From Paraspadella gotoi (taxonomy: Eukaryota; Animalia; Chaetognatha), in assembly GCA_051294375.1 (NCBI GenBank), contig CM119270.1, positions 5,912,027 to 5,976,026 of the forward strand: a stretch of 64,000 bases of DNA. The letters are read 5' to 3'. Below, piece after piece: positions 41,946-52,444 of the stretch (the stretch's first letter is position 1; the number at the start of each line of letters is the position of its first letter). Made by a program: the position numbers and the translations under genes. The notes beneath the pieces are model-generated. The model saw nothing but the letters and a program-made list of their open reading frames with translations, ran no database searches and was not told where the DNA came from.

Positions 41946-44811
41946 TCAAGCAGCTCGTGGAGCGAAGATGTTGTTCCCATCATTGTCTCCGAAAGGATTC
42001 GCCAGTTCGATCTCTTTGATAATGTCCTCCAGGTTGGGGGAAGCTGTCGTCGACGACGACGACGTTGAAGACGACGATGATGACGACGACGACGGCGCCG
42101 ACGACGAAACTTCGTCCTTGGGCATCATTTGAAAGGACGTCGTCGTCGTTGTTGTCGTCGTCGTCGTTGTCGTCGTCTCGTCCTCCGCCCCAGCGGGCAT
42201 CATACCGCCCATTCCACCGCTGACCCACTCTTCCTCCTCATCCACCTCCTCCCGCCACGCCTCCAAGTCCACGCCTTCTATCTCCTCGCACGGCGTCATC
42301 TCGTCCGGACGCATCATGTCGAAGGCGTCACGCGGCGCCCGCGAGATGTCGTCTCCGTTGGCGCAGACGATGCCGGCCAAAGAGGCTCGCTTGATTTGCG
42401 CCAGTTGGGCTGGGGTGAGGACCCCGGGGAGTTCGTGCCAGAATCTGGAGTAAAGGGGGGAAGGGATGGGGGAAAGAGGGCGTTTTAGGCTAGGGGTCAG
42501 CGAGGATTAGAGAAGTAAAAGGGGGTTTAGAAAGGTGGTTTGAGAGGTAGTAGATGGTAAATAGGGAAAGGAAAGACAGACATTGGAACTGCGAAAAAAA
42601 TGACAATCAATCACAAACAAAGATTTTTTTTTTTAATTATTTATCTTTTTATGCTAAATAAAGAAATAAAAACCAACGCAAGCAAAAAATCATTTACAGT
42701 ACATCAAAATGATATTTACAATGTGTTAAAAATAAAGAGAGAGAAAACTCGCCTGTCTCCGTCCCTGATTCGTCTAAATCCCTCGACCATGATGCAGGCG
42801 AAAGTGGGCCCCATGTCCGCGCCTGGCAGCGGCTCCTCCAGCAGACCTCCGACCCAGAGGTCCACGTTCTCTGGGCTTCCGTACAGCTCCTCCAGCTTGA
42901 CCACGTATTCGGGCCTCATGATCAGACGGAATTTTGACCAGGTGGAGGGAGCGGAGAGCAGGCAGAACCTAGAAATTTGATACAGAAATTCAGTCAGAAT
43001 GAATCACTGCCATTTGTTTAGGTTTATAAATGTTCGGCAGATGGCGGTAAAAAGAAAAGAAAACGAGACGAGAATTTCTCTTTTTAAAAGTTCTTCCGAA
43101 ATTTTCTTTTCTTCTGTTATTTTATGATGCTGCCTTATGTTAGTCACAATTATTGTAAAATAAATCTGTTTGTCATTTACTAAAAAAAAATTTTAACTTA
43201 AATTTATTTAAGGAATGGAAACTTATCAACGCTGCTACTACAAAAAAAAAAACCCTCCAACAAACCTCGCTCACCTCCTGTAATCCAAATAGGACCTGAG
43301 CGCGTGGTCACGCCCCCGTTGCATGTTCAACGCCCCCAGATCGAGGGCGTGCTTCTCCGTCAGGACCCAGAGCTCCTCGATGACGGGTTGGGTGAGCATC
43401 GCGTCGGTGGCGACCTCTTTGCCGCTGGTGCCGACGAGGCCGCGCAGCAGCGGGTCGATCCCACCCTCCTCCACGACGCGGTAAGGGGCGAAGAAGGTGA
43501 GGCGGATGGGGAGGTGACCCTGAGGAGGTTTTGAAGGTAATTGGGAGGCGGGAGTAATAAGCTATCGCTATTTTATGTAGAAAACAAGTTATCTCTCTTT
43601 AATTGTGACCAAAATTTGGATTGGAAATACTTTTCAACGTTGTAACGGGATTTAACCGTAAAAAATCTTTGGAACCATCAACATCGAAATGTCTTTTGTT
43701 TCTTTTGAGCCGAGAACTTGTCGAAACATATAACAGAGGGTCAGAGTCATCTATTGAATATTCCTCAAATGATTGTCTTTTTGTCCTGATTATATTTCCT
43801 GCCTAAAAAATTATACATTATTTTTAGTTCCCGAAATGACATTTTATTAGTAAATAATTTGTTTAGTAGGCTCAAAGACAGATATAAAACCGGCATGATA
43901 AATAGACAGGCAATGAGAGAAGATTTATCACCTGTGCAATTTCTTTATAATCTTCGTCGAGTCTAAATTGTATCGGATGAATCTGCGCGTGACCGAATCT
44001 TAAAAGAATTATATAACTTTTGTAAGTAGTATTAATGAGCACCTTTCACGTTTCAACGCTCAAAACATGTTTTTATGGTAGACTAAAGTCCACCAACAGT
44101 TCATAAGCGGCCATTGGTGCCAGAGGCAAGTCATTCGCCTCCAAACCCAAAGCTCCGGGGTTCTAGCCCGGTGGTTGCCTAGCAGTTAAGAGGGACGGGG
44201 CGCTTAACCCGCCTGTAACACGGTATTACAGCCTGATTCGAAGCTCAGGGACTGCTTATATTGAACGGTTCTGTCACTAACACATAACAATAATTACTGT
44301 CTCTTCATTTTCTCAGTTACTGAGTTTAAAGTCAAGAATACTTGTGCAACAGCAATACATTACATCAAGCTTTTTTCTATACATCTTGAATATCCAAGAC
44401 ATTAAGATTATCGTTGGATTATAAGGAAATTTGCACCGATCACGTGACATGGACTCTTACCTGAAGGCGGCCGTAGAGAATTCCGACGAAACTGATGGAT
44501 TAGCCAACGGATTGTAGCTAAAGAAAGGTAGATACAGAATCATAATAAAATAATGTACGATTTAATCATGTTAGATTCAACTGCTGAGTAACTGTTTTTA
44601 TATATCTGTGTTCGTCGCACTGGCTCACTTATTCTCTCACGCAGTTGTACAGATAATATCAAAAGTTAAAAAAGGGAAATCAAGAATTCCTATTTGATTC
44701 TAAAGCATTTTCTTGTAACCGGTTTTTTCCTCTAATTATTATGATTAAATATGCCCCAGACTAGGACGAGAAAAGGAAAGATATTTAACTCCAACAATCT
44801 ATCTTGGTACA

Positions 44812-44904
<93 letters not shown>

Positions 44905-45558
44905 TCCCCCTCTCCCTCTCACCCGTTATAAGTCCCGATCATCTTCATTCCCGTCGAACCCAAAACTCTGGGTAAATACTCGTTGAAGGTGATGTGTTGG
45001 TGAAGGGCGATCACGATGTTCCGCGCTTCTTGAAAGAGACGCTCGCCATTCCAGTGAGGATTCACGCGTCTGAGTGAGAATGGAGTGAACGACAACAAAA
45101 ACAACGATGACGACGACGTCCTTTTATCGAATTGAAACGGTTGAATAAAAAAAAAATATTACACGACGTTCTTCATTGTTAGGAAAGCCAATGACTGTAG
45201 GAGTTTACAATCATGATGGAAAGCTTGTAGGTTCTCGCTCAGTTATTATCTTGTAAAAGGAATGAAGGCCTGAACCTACCATCGCCTGTCCTAAGGCTAA
45301 CTTAGCCTGTTTACTGAATGTGAATTTTTATAATATTGCTTGAACCAATTTGGTGACAACAACAACAACGCCGTCGAGCTCACCTCAGACCTTCCACGAT
45401 TCGGTTGTGTTCGCGATGAAAAATTGTGTGGACGACTAGGAGACCGAGATGCTCGTTGACTCGACCGTCGCCGGCGTCGAAGCAGGGGATGTCGATCAGG
45501 CGGCGAATCTCTTTGCCTGATGGAGATAAATCATAAATGGCATGTAAATCTGGCGGAA

Positions 45559-45593
<35 letters not shown>

Positions 45594-46481
45594 GGCCTGA
45601 TGGAATTTTAAATTCAAAGAAAATCACTTTTAATGACTAAAAGTAATGGAAGCGCGGATCGGCGTAAAGGAGTGCTAATCAGGAAGAGATATCCCGGATA
45701 ATATACTGTGTACATATAAAATTGAACCCCAAAAAAATTAAAATAGTAAAGATAATTTCATGTTGTTTCATAAGAACGAAAATATGAAACGAAAAGTGTC
45801 ACAGGGTACCGGTGTAGTCTTGATTTATAAAAATATGGAATGTCTTCCCTTTCCCTTGCTCCGTAATTCACCTTTCAAACATATTATTATTACTTTGCCC
45901 TGTGCCCACAAATCTCTGACCTGGCAATGGCGTGCAGCCCATAGAAGTAGCCTTGAAAGGCAGCAGGCCCTTGACGAAGAGCTCCTGACTGCTGACCCTC
46001 AGCGTTCCGTTGGCGCCGCGAAGACCCAACGCCTGACCGGAAGTGGAACCGTAGACTGTGGAGGCGTCGATGTAGGAGGTGATCTCGTTGGCCTTTGGTG
46101 TGTGGAGTGGGAGTGGCAGAGGAAAGGAGTGGAAAATGAAAAGAGTGGATAATGAAGCGTGAAAAAAAATAGTGGAAAAAAAAAAGAGTGGAAAGGAAAG
46201 GAGCGGAAAAGGAAAGAGTGGAAAAGGAAAGTAGTGGAAAAGGAATGGAGTGCAAAAGGAAAAGAGAGGAAAAGGAATGGAGTGGAAAATGAAAGGAGTA
46301 GAAAAGGAATGGAGTTTAAAATAAAAAGAGTAGAAAAGGAAAGGAGTGGAAAAGGAAAAGAGGGGGGAAAAATGTTTAAAAATTAAAGTTAAAAAAAGTA
46401 TTGAATAAAGAATATCTTTCTTTTTATCCTTTACTCTCTCTTTTTAGTATCACTTTCTCCCTTTCTCTCTCTTTCTTTTTC

Positions 46482-46560
<79 letters not shown>

Positions 46561-48899
46561 ATTTTTCGTCTTACTATCACTCTTTCTTTCTCCATTACTC
46601 ATTTGACTCATTTGATTTTGTTACATCGCCAACATCCAAACCCGAACAACGACTAAAATCAAACAAAAACCTGTTCCATGGGAACGCTATGCGACTCGGC
46701 GTAGTCCCTCCGCCGCCGCCTCTTTTCGTCATCTTCCTCTTCCTCGTCACTCCTCTTCCTCCTCCTGCCCGGGAATCCCTCGCACATGGCGACGCTGCGA
46801 ATGAACTCGATGCATTTTTCCCCGCGACGGAATCGAGGATCCGACGGGGAAGTGGGGATGGGGAAGCAGGGAGCGCGGAGGGAGCAGTCGTCCTTGCAGG
46901 CCTGTTTGAGAGGGGGCGTTGGGTGGAAAAAAGGAGTTGGTGTTATTTTATTTCTCTGTATATTTTATTTTTATATTTAAGATTTTCTGTTTTTTTACGA
47001 CCTTCGCCCATAACTCACCCCATTGGGAAACTTGGTGAGTCCTGGATTGACTTGTCTCAAGTGACGAGTGAGGTCGGTGTCGTGACTGATGTATTGACCA
47101 AAGGCCATCAGCATCGGATTCACTGAATCGTCGATTCTCACGGATTTGGCGGCGACCACGCCCACGCTGACGTCGCGCGTCGAGGGAAGGGGGAAGCCAG
47201 AGTAGCGTAGGGAGGCGTCCCACCCCACAGGGGCATCGATCTTTGGGGGTGGGGGAGTGTGGGGAACAATGAATGTATAAATTTTCGGTACTATTTCCTA
47301 AAAGCGCCCAATCCCTTTTCCTAATGCTTAAATTTAAGATTTAAGCCAAATCTTTTTATAAAATATTTTAAATTAAGTAATTCCTTGCTCTCATCCCTCA
47401 CCTAATCCAAAACCTTAATCCCTAATCTAATTCTTGTTCCTAACTCCTAACCTAATCTAATCTAATTTAAATCTTAGTTTAATTTGAAATGCGACCCTTT
47501 TGAAAAATACGGTCAAAATTTTTAAAAACATTTTCGCCCTTTTCTTTAATAATTATTTTAGTAATAAAGCAAATGGCAATGACCTTGTTTTCGTATCTTG
47601 ATGGTAGCAATCTTCTTAACTCAGTGAACGAGGATCCCCAGAGTGGATTGTCGATATTGTTGCAGGTTCCATCGAAGGTCCTCCAGCGCGAGCGAGGACA
47701 GGATCGGGGCACCGGCTGATCGGGGGATGATCGTTTGCGGATCAGTAGAACACCACTTAACGATGATTAATCAATACAAAAAAAAAACATCCTCTCAATT
47801 TCTACATAATTCCAATCTTTCTACTCGCAATTAACTCATTACAACTTAACAAGATATTGTGGACGTAATAAGATTCAGAGTAAGAATAATTTTATTCTTC
47901 AACAAGATTAATGACAATAACAGTCAAAAGGGTCAGATGCTAAGCCTATTGCCATAAAGAGAAGAGCAAACTATCGAGGGTAAGGCTGAGAGTAAAGTCA
48001 ATGGCTTGACCGAGGTTGTGTGTTGTAGTTGTTCGTTCACAATATGATATCAAGATGTAATACCGCTCTATCTTTCACTGGATATAGTGATTTTCTGATT
48101 CTTTGATGAATCACAAATTTTCTTAATTCCCCGTGAATCAAAAAGACTCTCACAGACTCACCCTGTATTTGTGACATAAGATGGATCTGTTGGAGGCCGG
48201 GGGCGGAGAGTGATTCACCACCGGCACCGTCACCGGGTCCAACGGCGATCCCGTCGTCGGCGCCGAGTTTCCGGCCGCCGCGTGACCTTTGCCGATGAAG
48301 CACTGCCGAAAGCCGAGAGACGGGACGACCGGACGACGGAAAAGATTTGAATTTCATCAATGTTTCATTTGAAAAATCTCTTTTTCTCTCTCTCTTTCTC
48401 TCTCTCTTTCTGTCTTTACTGACCCAGAGCGTGAAGTATCCAGCGACGATGGCAGCACCCAGAAGAATCAGAACCGCAGTCACGATGAACGTCACCTGAG
48501 AAAGTCAAGTTTAGTTAGGATAAGGCTATGATAAATCCAACGGGAAGACGTTTTTCATTCTTTGTTTATTTCTTGATCTATTTAGGTTGTTTTTAATTTC
48601 GAATTCTTCGATCAATGATTTTTTTTTGGGGGGGGGAGTGGGGGGGTAATCGAATCACATTGATTCGATTTCATAAAATCGCGCGTCCAATCGATCTAGA
48701 AATGGATACTCTTTTTAGAGGACTGCTTTTTTCATTGAAAAGTCTCATCTCAACCTCTCAGTTTCTCATCTCCTTAACTCTTCCTCATCTCAACCTCTCA
48801 TCCTCAACTCTTCCTCATCTCACCTTCATCCAACCCGCGAATTTTCGCAATTTTTTCGCGTCCGTTTCGGAATAAGATGACGACGACGACGCCGTGGAT
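41946..48899 (-). CDS. Animal heme peroxidase (peroxidasin/TPO-like catalytic domain) with N-terminal signal-anchor; true start upstream and unresolved
   Basis: Phase-consistent exons: 48899-48824 (tentative), 48495-48424, 48302-48162, 47715-47584, 47240-47019, 46901-46671, 46092-45921, 45516-45384, 45069-44923, 44517-44461, 43998-43932, 43519-43275, 42968-42753, 42444-41946. Motifs: [78 protein letters not shown]. Confidence 0.93.
44107..44295 (+). mobile_element. Putative tRNA-derived SINE in a peroxidase intron
   Basis: 72-nt head 44107-44178 with acceptor-like stem GCGGCCA/TGGTTGC, A-box-like TGGTGCCAGAGG, B-box-like GGTTCTAGCCC and loop CTCCAAA. It is followed by an unrelated ~100-bp body and an AAC/AAT-rich tail. 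Confidence 0.45.
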
Positions 48900-48904
48900 C
48901 TTTC

Positions 48905-48963
<59 letters not shown>

Positions 48964-49467
48964 GGAAATTTGTTTTTTTTTAGATCTCGACTCTATTATT
49001 AACTTTGTCGGTCAGTCGGTCCGTGTGGGTAGGGAAGTGTGTAATTGAGCTGGATATAAAGTTTCGATGGAATCGTCCGAGTGGAAATGAGTTTAAATAT
49101 ATTTCACTATTTGAACACCAATTACTCATGAGTGGATGGAGCAATTGACTGGAATTTTTTTATTTTTGTGTGTGATTAAGCTGGAAACCATGTTTCGATG
49201 AAATCGTGTGAATGGAAATGAGTTTAAATAGAAAAATCAAAAAACCTGTTTCACAATTGATTAGGCTTCTTTTTTGCTATATTAAATATAAATACAAGAT
49301 GTATTAATTAATCAAATAATTAATCACTTAATTAATCAATTAGTCAATTAATTAATATATAATTAATTAATCAGTCAATTTATTATTCAATAAATCAATT
49401 CATTTAATCAATTTATTTATCATTAATTAATTATTCAATCAATCAATTTATTTATCAATTAATTAAT

Positions 49468-49506
<39 letters not shown>

Positions 49507-49676
49507 GTAGGTCAATCGTTATCGGCATTGTTGTCGTCGTCGCCATCATCATCGTCATTGCTTTTGTCGTGGTCACTGACGAAAAGACCTAAAAACAAAC
49601 ATTTTGGATAAAATTAAGTAATTAATTTGTCTAATTATTTAATTAACTTGAATTAATTAATAAATTAATTAATTAC

Positions 49677-50024
49677 CGCTAATGATTGTGGGCAGATCCG
49701 ACATTGTTTGTTCAAACTTGTTTTTTTTACATTTGTTACATTTGTTCTTGCCACAACGCAGCATGGCATTCTCGCCGACCTTGCTTTGGAGGCGGAGGAG
49801 ATGGAAGACATGAAAGAGTCGGAGATTTTGCGTATGAAGCCGTGAGGTCTTCGGTGTTTGGGGTCGCGGGATCGAGACCCGTCCCCGCCGGATCCGTGAC
49901 CTTTCTCCTTGACTCGTCGATAGCGAGATGAACCGTGAGTCGGGTAGGAAACGAAATGGTGTGAATCGTGGGGGTCGACTGTGAATGGGTAAGTGTCGCG
50001 TGAGGGGGATGGTGAGCGTTAAGA

Positions 50025-50061
<37 letters not shown>

Positions 50062-51030
50062 CTCTCTCTCTCTCTTTCTCTTTCTCTTATAATTTTCTTT
50101 TATTTCTCAAACTGTTCTTAATAATTTTTATTTCATTTTCCTTTTCCCATTCTATTTATATAAATATATAATATATATAAATTATACCTTTTCCTGTTCC
50201 TCATTCTCCTCCCTCTCTTCTTTCTTTCTAACTCACTTTCTCTCCCGCAGGAGATCCCCGTCGCGTTGAAACTCTTCGTGACTCCGCATCCGCAGTTGAA
50301 GGTGACGACAGCGGCAGCACCGCCGCCGCCGACGCCGACCGGCGATGGCGCTAGCGGCATAAGATGACGAGATTTGGCCGCGGTCGGGTGCGAGACCTTT
50401 TTAATTTTTAAAAATTTGGTCAGAAAGCCTCTCTTGAAAAAAAAAATTAGGTTTTTTTAAAAAATTCATTTGGTCATTAGATAATTTATTCATTTATTGA
50501 TTCCATTCCTTGATGAAACATTGGTCAAAAAGAAAACTGACAATATGGGGGGTCACTAGTCAGTAGTCAGTGTTCACTGTTCAGGCATGTTGAGCAAGTT
50601 GTTTGTGGCATGCAAAAATATTAGAATTTCCTCTTTTTTTTCATAGAATTCCGTATCCACTCAAGTTATCTGTTTGTCCATACGTTTGTCCGAAGGCTTT
50701 TCCGTACGTTATTCCGTTCCTCTCTTCCCTATTCTATCTGAAGTCGACACTTATCGCATCAACAGGCGTCACCTCGCTGCTGGCAAACTCTGCCGCAGAT
50801 TCCAGCCATTTCGGAATGCTGCCGACGCCGCTGCCGACGCCGCTGCCGACGCCCCCAGGAGACTGTTGCAACGGCTCCACGGACGGACCGTGCAGATAGA
50901 CGTGACGCTCCGAAGGTTGCGGTTTCTAAACATTTTTTAATTATAATTATTAGACGAAATTTGCTAATGATATATCGTAAATTGGAACCTGATTGTCGGC
51001 ATCTTTGGCTGCTGAGTTGGGGGAAGACAT
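49677..51030 (-). CDS. Four candidate coding exons of unknown product (possible cytoplasmic N-terminus of the peroxidase, or a separate small gene)
   Basis: Exons 51030-50989 (MSSPNSAAKDADNQ), 50925-50773, 50396-50237 and 49978-49677 are GT-AG bounded, GC-rich and splice into one open frame of 219 codons. No recognisable domain. Confidence 0.45.
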
Positions 51031-52204
51031 TATCGTTTTTTTTTCATGTAATAGATTTCAAAGATGTTTTAATAGTTAATTAGTTATTTGTTAATGATAC
51101 TAATATTACGTTTTCTTTTTCTTTTCTTCATAAACATAAAATTTCAAATTTAATTTTCGCAGCAGAAACCAAAAAAAAGGAAGATAAAGAGTAAAAACAA
51201 GGAAAACTAAAATAAACCAAAATAATGTTATTCTTTTCGTTGCTCTTTTGTCGTCATTGATCCGACTTTCTGCCACCGACGCCGATGGGAAAATCCATCA
51301 TCCGATTATTAGAATAATAATTAAGTAATAAAAAACAAAAAGGACTTTTTTTCTTTTACGTTTTTTTACTCTTTTTCTCCTCCCCTTCCCTCCCTTGGCT
51401 TCCTAAAAAAATATTTTTTTTGTTTTAAAGAAGAAACGTGTAAGAATAATCTGGGGAAAAAGGCTTATAGTTGTACGACTTAATAACTAGTAGTAACTAG
51501 TAGTTATACTCTCTCTCTCTCTAATAACCAATGTCTCGAACATACACAAATAATAGCACACAAATACTAAAATCAATTTTTTGTTATAATCGATTTTTTT
51601 TCCTTTTTGTTTATGAAAATTTGCAAATTACTTGTCTCACTATTTTCTATTTTTCTATTTTATATTTTATATTCTATTTAATATTAAAACTCGAAAAGCT
51701 GTAATTAAAACTTAAATACCTCTAATAAACCTCTAATATACTTTACCATCCAAATTTAGCATCGGGTCTAATAATGATAATCAAAATTGAAATGAAATTC
51801 TTTTTCGGTAATAATTTGATACCAGGCTCCAAAGCACGGTCTTATCCTCGGTCATCTCTGCTCGCCGAAACTCGTTATATGTCTTCCCGTGGTTTAAAGT
51901 GAGAAGGTGAAACTAGCCCCTACCGCGATCCGGTTTGTTAGTTCTAAAAAACTAATAAATTGTTCTTTATTACACTTATTATTACAGTGAAACTGAAGGG
52001 ATTCCTGGTTTATATCAGCTTTAGATTGTTTGAAGTGCTTAAATCTTTGTAATTGTAGAGGCCACATCTTTTTCGAAAGCTCTGTATTCATTGAATTAAT
52101 TTTGAATTTCGTGATTGTTTGTAACGTATGTGCCCTTGCCCGTCTCAAGAAATTAAACCTTTAAACCTTAAAAAAATTTATTTTTGTCATTTTACCATTA
52201 CATT

Positions 52205-52444
52205 AAATTGATACAACCAATATATAAAAATATCCATTCATTTAATAAATAAGCTATCTTGCCCCTCACTTTGGACAGGCTTTGCCTTTGGTGTTTTAAG
52301 GCCTCCATCACTCTTACAAGATAATGACATAGCAGGTCCCTGCAAGCTTTCAATCAAGACTCTCTCACAGTCTCGTTTATTCACTCCTATCAATGAAGTG
52401 GTATAATATTTCAGAGAATGTTTCAATTGTATGAAAAGACCACG
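52205..52444 (+). mobile_element. Partial copy of the MITE family at 57228-57527
   Basis: Shares ACAACCAATAT...ATCCATTCATTTAATAAATAAGCTAT...GGCCTCCATCACTCTTACAAGATAATGACATAGCA with 57228 and 62140. Confidence 0.75.

Noticed and set aside
44107-44178. Functional tRNA-Trp gene
   Set aside because: Anticodon and D stems pair poorly and there is no downstream poly-T terminator. Treated as a SINE head instead.
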